Below, piece after piece: positions 1 to 12,119 of a DNA stretch of 64,000 nucleotides. Origin of the DNA: Octopus vulgaris (lineage: Eukaryota). The DNA is taken from the NCBI GenBank assembly GCA_951406725.2, contig OX597822.1, positions 33,046,001 through 33,110,000 on the forward strand, given 5' to 3'. The translations under genes and the position numbers were made by a program. Each line of letters starts with the position of its first letter. Positions within the stretch are counted from its first letter, which is position 1. The notes beneath the pieces are model-generated. The model ran no database searches, was not told the origin of the DNA, and worked only from the letters and a program-made list of their open reading frames with translations.

Positions 1-283
1 AAGCAACAAGTAATTCGTAGAAGATATAAAAGACAACTTTCAGGAACAATTCTGGTTTATTGACGCATTTAGATCAAATTCTCTGTTAGTTAACAAGGAA
101 TTCCTAACGGCAATGTAAACTTCATGTAATCAAGATATCCTTTGGGCCTGAACTGTTGCCTGTGGTATAACCCACGTTTCGATAATTACTACGTCTGATG
201 TGCCGCTCTGTATGAAACACATGTAGCCCGGATTTTATCTACTACATTCCTGAATTATGGCCTATATATATATATATATATAT

Positions 284-667
284 AAATTAATTTACGAAGG
301 TGTCATTAATTCTATTATTATCCAATGTAACTATTTTAAAAATGATAATAACAGAATCAATGACACAGGCGATAGCAGGCCAAAAAATAGCATTAAATAG
401 CCGAGGGATTAAAATTAATCAAGGGACATACTAAGTATGTCTACCTGCTAGGAATAACAGTGAAAACTCTTTTCAAATCGCCAAAAGAATACACTGATGA
501 AAACTACAGAAATCAAACGAAGGCAAAATCAGGTTAAGAAGATCTACTAACATACATCTAAGTATAAGGACTCACGCGGACCGGTTTCTTTTGGCGATTT
601 AATAAGAGTTTTTACTGCTATTTCTAGTATGTAGACATACTTAGTATGTCCTTTGATTAATTTTAAT
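284..667 (-). mobile_element. (TA)n-flanked non-coding PLE pLTR-like remnant with inverted terminal fragment
   Basis: Arms 409-489 and 586-667 are imperfect reverse complements. The minus strand has the HHR 3' half GAAACCGGTC at the inversion junction. (TA)n on both sides. Confidence 0.55.
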
Positions 668-994
668 ATATATATATATATATATATATCTGTGTGTATG
701 CATGTATGTGTGTATGTTTGTGTCTCGCCATGTTGGACTGTTTAACTCTACAGATTTTCCTCTCTGTTTTTTTTTTTTATTTCCTCTCCATTTTTGTCCT
801 CTTAATCCTTTCTTTTCAAGACCGTACGTTCTCAACGTAAAATACTTTTCCATTCTTCTCGAGCGTTAAATTAATACAACTGCTTGTTGTTCCTATACTT
901 GACTTGGTCTTCTTTTCTGAAAATTTGACCGCGTGCATATCGTTGGCGATTTTTTTCCACCGCCTTCCATTCCTTGGATCTTTCCTTATTCTGT

Positions 995-1029
995 GTTTCT
1001 GACGAAGAGCTCCGCTCGAAACGTTAAAT
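995..1029 (+). ncRNA. Variant minimal type-I hammerhead-like motif in PLE pLTR remnant (about 720-1070)
   Basis: gttt CTGACGAA gagc-tcc-gctc GAAA CG TT aaat. Related copies at 8448, 17617, 27098, 48772 and 62552. Confidence 0.55.
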
Positions 1030-1067
1030 CCTCCTTCTTTCTTTCCTTCCTGAGCGTTCAGTAACAC

Positions 1068-1130
<63 letters not shown>

Positions 1131-1142
1131 TATATAGAAGGA

Positions 1143-1191
1143 GCTTCTACAGGACTAGTACTGTTTCATTCAAGAGAAATCTTCAGGAAGC
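1143..1191 (-). ncRNA. Type-I hammerhead ribozyme (inverted copy)
   Basis: Exact reverse complement of 3601-3649. Confidence 0.75.
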
Positions 1192-1621
1192 TATTTAACA
1201 AGAATTGTATTAGCATTTATACATTTAGAGGAGTGGTGGTGGGGGACTTTTTGGGGGTAGGCATAGCGCAAAATATCATACTTGGGGGAGTGGTCAAGGT
1301 AATAAAAAAATAAAAAAATAAAAAATAAAAAAAAATAAAAGGATAAAATAAAAGAATAAAAATAAAAATAAAAATAAAAAATATAAAAAATATAAAAAAT
1401 ATATAAAATATATAAAAAATATAAAAAATATATAAAAAAAATATAAAAAATATATATAAAAAAATAATATATAAAAAAAAATATATATATAAAATATATA
1501 TATAAAATATATATATAAAAAAAGGGGGGATAGAGTTATAGGTAAATAAGGAGATTCTCACTTATACCTATACACACATGTATACGTATCTACACACACA
1601 TACGCACATACACATATATCT

Positions 1622-1676
<55 letters not shown>

Positions 1677-2133
1677 CCTACACATACACACATACATACA
1701 TACAAATATACATATACATATATATCTATACAATCCAATACAGGCCCATTCCCTAATTTTAATTTTATTATCTTCATTTATTACTTTTGTTATCTTTGAT
1801 CGCTAGGGCTAAGAATCCTGGCAATAGCTGCTTGTCCGTTTGTCTGTCTACTAGAAGGCAAGTACTCATTCCCGCACGCACACTCATTAGCACGTACATT
1901 CACCCATTCGTACACTCATACACATACACGTACGCACGCGTTATATTCATACATACAAACATCTACATACGTTCACGTATATACACATACGTACTCGTAC
2001 CTACAGATTCGTGTCTACACTTTAGGAGGCTAGTCTATACATATACACCAATAAATATACATATATATATATATATATATACCCGCATATACATACACAC
2101 ACACACATATATACTCCTACATACAGATACATA

Positions 2134-2199
<66 letters not shown>

Positions 2200-2707
2200 C
2201 ATATATACACATACCTACACATACACACATACACATACACACACATACATACACATATATATACATACACAAACATATATACACACACATATATATACAT
2301 ACACACATACACACATACATACGTATACATACATACATACATCTATACATCCATACTTACATGCATTTATACGCATACACACACTCATCTATATATATGT
2401 ATATATATATATATATATATATACACACTCACACATACATATACAAATCTACGCACACACATACATACATACACGTATACGCATACACGCACATACACAT
2501 ATACATGCGTACCCATACACGTGCACACACGCACGCGCATCCATATAAATACACACACACACATATATATATACACGTGTGCAAGCATACATACATACTC
2601 ATACGCGCACACATACTTACAAATACATATATGCACACACTTACACACATATATATACATACACATATACATGCATACATACATATATGCATACATACAC
2701 ACACGCA

Positions 2708-2777
<70 letters not shown>

Positions 2778-3600
2778 TATACATACATAGACATACATAC
2801 ACATACATACACATACACATACGTACACACACATATACACATATATATATATACACATATATATATATACACATACACGCATACATATATACACATATAC
2901 ATACATATACATACACACACACACATACATATATACATATACACTGATACACATACCCATACATACACATGCATATACTTATATTACTACATACTCACAT
3001 ATATAGACATATATACATATACACACATACATATATACATGTACATACACATACGCATGCATATATATATATATATACACACACATATATACACATACAT
3101 GCATATATATATATATATACATACGTACACACACACACACACATACATATACACATATACATGTATACATACGCAAAAATGATACGCATATATACACATA
3201 CACACACACAGACAGATGCATATACATATATATATATATATATTTTTTTATATATATATATTATATATATATATATATATATTATATTAATATATATATA
3301 TATATTATATATATATTTTTTTTATATATTATTTTTTTATATATATTTTTTATATTTTTTTTATATTTTTTATATTTTTTATATATTTTATATATTTTTT
3401 ATATTTTTTATATTTTTTATTTTTATTTTTATTTTTATTCTTTTATTTTATCCTTTTATTTTTTTATTTTTTATTTTTTTATTTTTTTATTACCTTGACC
3501 ACTCCCCCAAGTATGATATTTTGCGCTATGCCTACCCCCAAAAAGTCCCCCACCACCACTCCTCTAAATGTATAAATGCTAATACAATTCTTGTTAAATA

Positions 3601-3649
3601 GCTTCCTGAAGATTTCTCTTGAATGAAACAGTACTAGTCCTGTAGAAGC
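3601..3649 (+). ncRNA. Type-I hammerhead ribozyme
   Basis: gcttc CTGAAGA t-ttc-tctt-gaa-t GAAA cag-tactagtc-ctg TA gaagc. Stem I gcttc/gaagc, canonical core, GUA cleavage triplet, palindromic ACTAGT in loop III. Confidence 0.8.
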
Positions 3650-3731
3650 TCCTTCTATATAATAAATTAATTTTACTCTGCTATGTATTGAGTACCTTAC
3701 TTACTGTGGTTAACCCCGTATCAACCCGGGA

Positions 3732-3762
<31 letters not shown>

Positions 3763-3764
3763 AC

Positions 3765-3902
3765 GAAAGAATGGAGCTGAATGTCGAATTAACAAAATTC
3801 ATTTATTCTCGACATATGTTTCCAAGGCTGCTTATGCAGCCTTCGAAACATATGTCGAAAATAAAGGAATTTTGTTAATTCGTCGTTCAGCTCCATTCTT
3901 TC
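3765..3902. repeat. ~65-bp-arm fold-back containing an HHR 3' half on each strand
   Basis: gaaagaatggagctga...tcagctccattctttc. GAAAC-ATAT-GTC present in both orientations. Confidence 0.8.
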
Positions 3903-4018
3903 ATATATTTATACTTTTAAAATAAACATACAAATTTCCACACGAAAGCACGTAATCTATGCCCTAGGCACGTAACTTCAACCGTGTTTTTTTCTGATGT
4001 GAATTTGCTACCCAGGTA

Positions 4019-4801
4019 GCAACAGAAATCAACATAGAAACTTTAAGAAAAGTTCAACACAACAACACACCTTCCCCGAAAATACTACCTTACATATCTA
4101 CATACAACCCCAGAAACAAAGAAGCCCTCACCATCATCACCCAGAATTTACCAATACTTCATTAGGACCCCAAATTAAAGGAAATTCTAAACATACACCA
4201 AATCATTAAAAGCTACAAACAACCTAAATCACTTAAAAAGATTCTCACAAAGGCAAAATTGTTTTCTGAAATTACGGATGCAAAAGTAAAAAAATGTGGT
4301 AGATCGAACTGTGCAACATGTCCAAACCTGCTAGAAGGATCAGAATTCCTCTTTAAAGAGGGACAGAAATTCAAGATCAAATCTAACTTTACTTGTGGCT
4401 CTGAAAACATAATTTATGTCATAAAATGCTCGGGCTGCCACCAAGACTACGTGGGATCCACGGGACTATCACTCAGACGTAGATGCACACTGCATCGACA
4501 ACAGATTGCATTCCCAGAATACAGAATGATACCTTTTAGTGAGCACATTGAGAAATGCGCAAAGCAACTACTACCACCATTTTTAATCTTTCCATTTTAC
4601 CAATGTGCTATCGGATCATCAACACAAATTAGACTAAACAAGGAAACATTATTCATTGAAAAGTACAAGCCCAGACTTAACCATGCCAACATACTGATAC
4701 AGAGAAATTCACACCAAGGGAAAGGAAAAAAATTTAAGCGATTATCTCCCTTACACCGGAAGAAATCACTCATTACCTCCCCTTATTTAGAACTCTTTTA
4801 A
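4019..4801 (+). pseudogene. Penelope-like (Neptune-type) retroelement 3' ORF fragment: linker, Cys-rich motif and GIY-YIG endonuclease
   Basis: LPYISTYNP...SYKQPKSLKKIL...CGRSNCATC...NIIYVIKCSGCHQDYVGSTGLSLRRRCTLH...ETLFIEKYKPRLN. In-frame stop at 4163; 5'-truncated. Confidence 0.9.
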
Positions 4802-4846
4802 ACATAAACATAACGATAACACTATTCAACATAAACATAACGTCGT

Positions 4847-4885
4847 AAGAAATTTGAAAAGCTAAACGCGAAACCGGTCTTTCTT
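4847..4885 (+). ncRNA. Minimal hammerhead-like motif with U3-A8 core in the PLE 3' pLTR
   Basis: aagaaa-t TTGAAAA gc-taaac-gc GAAA CCG GTC tttctt. Same core in the second copy at 52011-52049. Confidence 0.6.
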
Positions 4886-5037
4886 CTAAACTATGTCATT
4901 GTAAGGAAAAAATTTTTAATATTCTTCAGACATATTGACGCAAATATATATATTTTTTAACCTTTAAGCCTTCTGTAGTTTTTTCACTTTTTACTATTTT
5001 CTATATATTCAACCACGTGCTTTCACAAACCAACTTT

Positions 5038-5074
<37 letters not shown>

Positions 5075-5078
<4 letters not shown>

Positions 5079-5440
5079 AAATATCAGAACAGATTTACAC
5101 ACCCGGGTTTTAATATACCGTTAACCACATGTTTCTTTGTCGGGACCTACACGTGTTTCCGCTGCAAGCCGGTGCACACCGCTCATTGTGATCTTGGTGT
5201 TTATTACCAGTGACCGGTGCTGCTTCATCAGGGTCAAATTTAACTGTATTGCGGATGATATCCGAGATACAATTAAATTTGAACCTGATGAAGCAGACCG
5301 GTAATTAACACCAAGATGAACAAATTAAAAGCTATACCAGCTTGCAGGGGAAAACATGTGTAGGTCCTAACAAAGAAGGATGTGATTAAGTGTATAATAA
5401 ATCTGGATGTGTACATCTCTGTACCCCTAATATTTATTAA
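5075..5440. repeat. Diverged fold-back element with an HHR on each arm
   Basis: Arms reverse-complementary about a centre at ~5258. Left end abuts (TA)n. Confidence 0.7.
5144..5235 (-). ncRNA. Type-I hammerhead with long stem-II insertion
   Basis: Minus strand: gacc CTGATGA [~65 nt] GAAA C-ACGT-G TA ggtc. A degenerate partner lies on the plus strand at 5281-5366. Confidence 0.65.
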
Positions 5441-5567
5441 TTTATTATTTCTTTGCTACCAACATTATGTTGTCTTTATATGAACATTTGGATTTAACAA
5501 AGTGAGGATCAACAAAGTATAGTAAATCTGAATAACTAGAGTTCATTGACAGGTTAGCAAGTGAATA

Positions 5568-5853
5568 GGACGCATGGACTAGTGGTTACGGTGTTGCACT
5601 CACGAACGTGAGATCCTGGTTTCGATTCCTTGACCGGGCGGTGCGTTGTGTTCTTGAGTAAAACACTTCATCTCACGTTGCTCTACGATCCTGCCGCGTG
5701 GTACACAGTGCACCTGTTCAGACAACGTCGATTTGATGGACAGACTGAGCTAATGAGCGGCACATAGATTTGATCACTGTAATCAAATCATTTGTGCAGA
5801 TCGTTCCGTATAACAACTGACCACTTATACGTCGTTTTCAACGGGATAGTCCA
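5568..5853 (+). mobile_element. tRNA-derived SINE (modular group)
   Basis: A box TAGTGG and B box GTTTCGATTCC, then gcgttgtgttcttgag...cacgttgctc shared with the 38992 and 39692 copies. Confidence 0.65.
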
Positions 5854-5908
5854 TCATATATGTATACATATGTGGATATGTATGTATACAATATACATAT
5901 ATATTACT

Positions 5909-6052
5909 ATGGTAAGAAGCTTGCTTTCTAACCACATGGTTCCAGGTTCAGTCCCACTGCGTGGACCCTTGGGCAAGTATCTTCTACTATAGCCTCAGGC
6001 CGACCAAAGCCTTTTCAGTAAATTTGGTAGACGGAAACTGAAAGAAGTCCGT

Positions 6053-6088
<36 letters not shown>

Positions 6089-6212
6089 TGTGTGTGTGTC
6101 TGTGTGTGTGTGTGTATCTGTGTTTGTCCTTCCACCATCTGACTGATGTTAGTGTGTTTACATACCCTTAAATTAGCGATTCGGCAAAATTAACCGATAA
6201 AATAAGTACATA
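5909..6212 (+). mobile_element. CORE-type SINE with internal (TG)n
   Basis: ggttcagtcccactgcgtgg-ccttgggcaagtatcttctactatagcctc; many homologues in the window. Confidence 0.85.
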
Positions 6213-6562
6213 GCTTTTTGCTTTTTCACTAGTTTCAGTCCTTGAAGTGCGGTCATTCTGCTAAACCACCTTGAAGAGTCTAGTTAACCAAAACCACCCA
6301 GTAATATTTTCGTTCTTTAGTGGGGATAGATTCTGAAATTTTTTCTGTCTGACACTTCGCCGAACTGTTACATTATGGAGACTTAATCAAAATAACACCA
6401 GTTCTCCTGCGAAAAGTGACAAATACGAACACAGAGATGCATATATAAATACGAACGTACATGGATACATAAGCATGAACACCATCCGTTCTTACTAAAC
6501 AGCAGTTGTCCTCAAATTTTAAAATTTTATATCATGTATTCTCTATTCTATAAATGATATTC

Positions 6563-6861
6563 GGAGGCGCAATGGCCCAGTGGTTAGAGTAGCGGACTCG
6601 TGGTCGGAGAATCGCGGTTTCTATTCCCAGACCGGGCGTTGTGTGTGTTTATTGAGCGAAAATACCTAAAGCTCCACGAGGCTCCGGCAAAGGGTGGTGG
6701 CGACCCCTGTTGTACTCTTTCGCCCCAGCTTCTGTCTCTTTTCCTGTTTCTTGGGTAACGCTGCGATGGACTGGCGTCCCGTCTAAATGGGGGGAACACA
6801 TACGCCACAGAAACCGGGCTTATGGGCCTGGCTAAGCTTGAAAAGGGCGCATAAATAAATA
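6563..6861 (+). mobile_element. tRNA-derived SINE, head GGAGGCGCAATGGCCCAGTGG, Deu/Nin-like tail
   Basis: Head shared with 12514 and 58533. Tail gggtaacgctgcgatggactggcgtcccgtc. TSD ataaatgata at 6550 and 6862. Confidence 0.8.
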
Positions 6862-7749
6862 ATAAATGATAAGTTCAAACATTTAAAGCAACGGTTTCCT
6901 GTTCTTACTGTTGCCGTTGTTAGATAACATCTATTCTGATTGTAGAGATCTATGCTCAAAGTACGATATATTTTATATATTGTAGAGATCTATGCCCACA
7001 GTTACTTTTGTTTTGTGTGATTTAACAGTAACCGACTACAACGTGGATGCACCTACTTATGTTACACCGGTTTAGATTGTATAATATGTGATGAATATAT
7101 CGTGCAATGAAATATCAATGCGAAATTTTACTGATTGACTTTCTGCTAATGAAAGCCTAATTATAAACACCCACCATTCTATAGGAGCAAGTTGCTGCTA
7201 ATATAGTATGCTAATTTGTGATTACCTTATCAATGCTTAATTTAATCATTTGATCTTTAATCAGTCTCCGCATTTCTAGATATTGATTCGTATCATTTCA
7301 CTTTCCATTTGCCGATAGATTTTATTGCAACTTCTTCAAACATTTCTGTAATTTATTATTTTATATTGTCTCGTATTATCTGTTGCACCAAACCTTTGAA
7401 TACAACAACAGATGTTAAGCTATATGTTGTATCGTGTATTTTATTTTTACTAATATATATAGCTTTAATCATATATCGCCACAACTGTTAAATATTAACA
7501 TAAGCTCTTAATAAGTTGACTATCTACTATCTACTGCCTATCTACATCTTCAGTTTTGCACAGTAAAGATGTACAACATAAAGAGATATCATTTTCGTAT
7601 TTTCTATGGATACAGAACTTGTAGCGCATATTTGATATTCTACGTATAAGCAATATACGTATGAAGATAATTAGATAATTCTATAATTAATTTTCCGGAA
7701 ATACCACTAATAGAATAGTTCACGTACTTCATAACTGCCGCCACGGTTT

Positions 7750-8137
7750 TTATTACCTTCGCCTTAACGAAGGCGGAGGTATTGTTTCAGTCGTATTTAT
7801 TTGTTTCTTTGATTGATTAATTGTTTCTCTGTTGACAAGATATCACAAGAACCGCTGGATGGATTCGGATGAAACATTCAAGGATGTGTGACATCGTAAC
7901 TGGCTAGAACTGATTAGATTTTGGGATCGCTCCAGTATTGGACAAGGATTCTAGATTATTTCTCCTGTTATTTTACTTAATTTTTGCGAGCGGTCGGCTT
8001 CATTTTTAGTATTTCGTTTGTGAGAGCAGTCGAGTGTATCTCAGATATTCTTATTTTAAAAATCAGCTGCGGATAATCATTGAGAAGACATGGGTGTTGC
8101 CTTGGTGAAAGTTTGCGCTCTCTGAGTGGTCTTAATT
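7750..8137 (+). mobile_element. Non-autonomous Helentron (HINE/DINE-1-like)
   Basis: 5' ttattaccttcgcc...ggcggagg subterminal inverted repeat, GTTT-like tract, tggatggattcggatgaaa core, 3' hairpin gcgctctctgagtg before T-rich target. Confidence 0.7.
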
Positions 8138-8139
8138 TT

Positions 8140-8354
8140 GCATTAATTTCACTTACTGAAGTGCAGCCAGACCCCCAGTATGGCCTTAATGAGTTTAATC
8201 GATGAAGTCGACCACAAGATATGTCTTTAATTTGGTAATTATTCTATGAATTTTTTTACTGAACCGCTCTCAAACATTGGTGGTGGACAAAAAAGCAATA
8301 TATCTACATATACATAGATACATACATACATACATACATACATACATACATACA

Positions 8355-8385
<31 letters not shown>

Positions 8386-8641
8386 GGATTATTGGCGATT
8401 TTCTTCCTCCGCCTTCTTTTTCTCTTGGACTTTCTATCTGTCTCCTATTTCTGAAGGAGACCTTTGCTCTAAACGTCAAACACCCTTTCTTTCCTTCCCT
8501 GAGCGTCATTTAATACTTTGACTGTACCACGTATTCGCATTGTTGCGTTTTTTATTGTGTTTTTCTTCGTTTTGGGGATTAACTATGTGTGTGCGTGTTT
8601 TCGTGTATGTGCAAGTGTGTATGCGTGTTTGCGTATAAGTG

Positions 8642-8715
<74 letters not shown>

Positions 8716-8925
8716 ACATTTGTAATACTTTTCTTCAACCCCATAACTCTTGCTATCATTTCTATTCTGTGTAAATCGGACCTTTTTGTATCTAAAAATA
8801 TATACATTTTTTTGTATTTAATGTATTAAATATTTTTTGTATATCGACCTTCCTCACTTGCGTATATATGCGTATATATATATACATACATACATATATA
8901 TATATATACATACATACATATATAA

Positions 8926-8984
<59 letters not shown>

Positions 8985-8991
8985 ATGCGTT

Positions 8992-9039
<48 letters not shown>

Positions 9040-9048
9040 TAAACGCAT

Positions 9049-9103
<55 letters not shown>

Positions 9104-9320
9104 TTATTATGCATACACACATACATGCCTACATACGTACATACATACATAAATACATACATATATACATATATGCAACGCACCCCAGTTTCCGTCAACC
9201 AAATTGACTTACAAGATATTGGTTGGCCCAAAAACAGTAGAAAACAACGTATCGCGCTTTAGGACTGAGCCCGGAATTACGGGACTACAACTCGAGCTTC
9301 TTAATCACACAGCCTCGTCC
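8140..9320 (-). mobile_element. Degenerate CORE-type SINE split by microsatellite expansion and pLTR insertions
   Basis: Tail part at 8140-8300 and head part at 9180-9320 on the same strand; pLTR remnant 8385-8590 in between. Confidence 0.55.
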
Positions 9321-10590
9321 CAGCATCTTCGACAGACAAATGAGTCACGTGGTCAATACTATACTGCTAATCTTAAAGGTGAGTATCTCATATAATTTTT
9401 GTATTTTTCAACCTCAAATACACAGATCTTTTGTTCAGTACTCAAAGGCTAAAGAAATACTCTTAACCAAACTGTGCTTCTCTCAAATATTGTCAGGAAT
9501 GAGTTGATTCTAAATAAATGTATCAGTTCAGAATGAGATCTGGAATTTGGATAACTCAATGCCAAGAACCATATGCCAAATATAGATGCACTATCGATTC
9601 TGAAATTTATGTATTATTCTATAATCTGGTAAAATAAACAAGATTAAGAATATATGGACATTTTCCATATTCAAAATATGTTCAAATTTCGCAGTCATTA
9701 ATTAAATGTAGATTTTAATGCATGCTTAAATGAATTACTAATTCACACGATAAATTGTTAATTTTATATATTTATTTAGATTTTATTCGTTAACCTTTTA
9801 TGTAATCAGAAATGTAATAAATATTAATGTGAATCAGTATTTCCGAATTGAGTTGACATATACACATATACATATATACATATTATTAAATACATTCCAA
9901 AATATCTCGACCATTTGATTTCTAGCATGTTCCTCGTCAGGTTTGCAATTTGATGAAGTTTCACTGCTCTTCTTTGCGGAACAGGGGAACTTGTTCGATT
10001 TATAAGAAGAATTGGCAGGTTTCCTTAGACTAAATCCAACACAAGCCGTATTCGTTAGAAATCTCTGCGCTCATATATTTTGCCAGATCAAATTAGCCGT
10101 TCATCTCAGCTTTTCAAGATTGATATTAAAGATATCAATCCAGAGAAGTGGATTGTCAGAATTAATAGGGTATCAGATAGAATGCTTTACGGTATCTCTT
10201 TTGAATCTCTCTACATTAGCGATGACACTGGTGCCAAGCACTATCAATCTTGTGATTTCTTTGAAGACTACCGCGGGAGTGGAGAGGGATGATGTGCATG
10301 GAGGAACAGATGATACTCTTTCACACAAAATTATGCACTTCCGAAATCTGTGCTTACAACTATTCAGACTGTATATCATTCTTTCTACTACAGGCACAAG
10401 GATTGAAAGTTTGAAGGATTAATTTATTATAACGACTCGACGTCTCGAATGGAACTTATTTTATCAGCCTCGAAAGGATGAAAAGCACAGTCGCCCTCAC
10501 TGGAATTTGAACTCAGAACGTAATGAGCCGAAAGAAATGCCGCTCAGTATTTATAATTAAGAACAAAGGCGTCTAATATATAACATATGT

Positions 10591-10808
10591 AAGGTGGTGA
10601 GCTGGCAGCATCCATAGCACCCCGGGTATAAATGCTTAGCAGAGTTTCGTCCGTCTGTACCTTCCGAGTTTAAAATCGTCCGAGATCGACTTTACCTTTC
10701 ACCCCTTTCGGATGGCTAAAATGAGTACCAGTTGGGAGCTGGTGTCGAGCCAATCGACTTAGCGCCTCTCCTAAACTCGCTAGCCTTGTGCCAAAATTTG
10801 AAACCAGT
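10591..10808 (+). mobile_element. Meta-domain-type SINE (diverged)
   Basis: aaggtggtgagctggcag head; tttacctttcacccctttcgg...aatgagtaccag domain. Confidence 0.75.
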
Positions 10809-10925
10809 ATATAAAATATATCGTAAACTTGGGGTCATCTTTATTCTTTTTTTTTCATTTAATACAAGGTATGATCCAAAACATTAGGTCCTCTGTATAC
10901 TCATCGTACACATTATTTCATTGTT

Positions 10926-11621
10926 CAGGGTGGCCACAAAGTCACGTGCTATGGGAGATATCATGTACGCTTTATTACCAATGAAATAGGTAATCCATTA
11001 CAAATGTTCAAAGTGTTGTCCATGTAGCTCTAAACAAGTGTTCATACGTAATTTGAAATTGCGATGAACTCTCTCAAATAGCGCTTCATTGCCGTTGAAT
11101 TGTTCACACGCTTCATCAATTTCTTGAAGATGTCTTTGGTCACGAATCTTTTCAGAATACACAAGGGATTTAATGTAGCCCCAGATGAAAAAGTAAGTTG
11201 GAGTCAAATCTGGTGACAGTGGTGCTCATTTAATTGGCCCGCGACGCCCGAGCCATCTTGGAAAATGTTCATTCTAAAACCAAGAACCTGTAATGCTTAA
11301 TGGGGTAGAGCCTCATCCTTCTGAAACCAGTCAGGATTTTCCCTTCCAAGTGAATGCACATGAGGCATCATCTTGTTACCAAGCATGTCCAGATATGGAT
11401 CACCTGTCACAGGACCCCCAAAATAAAATGGTCCAATTACTTGATTGTGCCAAATCCCACACCACATCATTAACTTTCCCCCGCCTTGTTGATTATCTGC
11501 CTCCATCGAATGAGGGTTAGCTTGTAAGTAATATCGACAGTTGGGAAAAAGAGATAAAAGAAAGAGAATGTTAAGCTATTTCACATATTGCGGGATGGTG
11601 CGTTACTTTATGTCCATCCTG
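10926..11621 (-). mobile_element. Internally deleted Tc1/mariner superfamily element (DD41D/rosa-like)
   Basis: WFQKDEALPH, RWLGRRGP, SPDLTP-FFIWGYIKSLVY, GQHFEHL*. Imperfect TIRs cagggtggccacaaagtcacg / cgttactttatgtccatcctg. Confidence 0.8.
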
Positions 11622-11694
11622 TAAATGTTTCTTTCCATTTTGCTACATTTATTTCCTACTTTCTTTTATCTTTTATCGTTTTATTTATTTCATA

Positions 11695-12107
11695 TTTCTT
11701 TATTGCCCACAAGGGGCTAAACATAGAGGGTTCAAACAAGGACAGACAAAGCGATTAAGTCGATTACATTGACCTCCAGTGCGTAACTGGTACTTACTTT
11801 ATCGACCCCAAAAGGAAGAAAGGCAAAGTCGACCTCGGCGGAATTTGAACTCAGAACGTAACGACAGACGAAATACCTATTTTTTTACTACCCACAAGGG
11901 GCTAAACACAGAGGAGACAAACAAGGACAGACAGGCGGATTAAGTCGATTATATCGACCCCAGTGCGTAACTAGTACTTAATTTATCGACCTCGAAAGGA
12001 TGAAAGGCAAAGTCGACGGTGGAATTTGAACTCAGAACGTAACGACAGACGAAATACGGCTACGCATTTCGCCCGGAGTGCTAACGTTTCTGCCAGCTCG
12101 CCGCCTT
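11695..12107 (-). mobile_element. Meta-domain-type SINE tandem dimer
   Basis: Two ~180-bp units and one head. Possible TSD tttatttatttca. Confidence 0.85.
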
Positions 12108-12119
12108 AAAATTTTCATT

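Larger units (their letters stand above)
1125..3736 (+). mobile_element. Non-autonomous PLE-like element with ~370-bp inverted terminal repeats around a microsatellite body
   Basis: 1125-~1495 is the near-exact reverse complement of ~3300-3667. Each arm carries an HHR. (TA)n on both flanks. Confidence 0.75.

Noticed and set aside
130-230. PLE 3' end (YPLGLN) with HHR ctgatgt...gaaacacatgta
   Set aside because: Suggestive, but the core is mutated, stem I does not pair, and the element is cut by the window edge.
4259-4801. Stand-alone or domesticated GIY-YIG nuclease gene
   Set aside because: No ATG start, upstream in-frame stop within continuing PLE homology, and a second truncated copy at 51944; it is a 5'-truncated retroelement.
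6563-6640. tRNA gene (also at 12514, 39694 and 58840)
   Set aside because: A and B boxes are present but there is no complete cloverleaf; each continues into a SINE body with TSDs.
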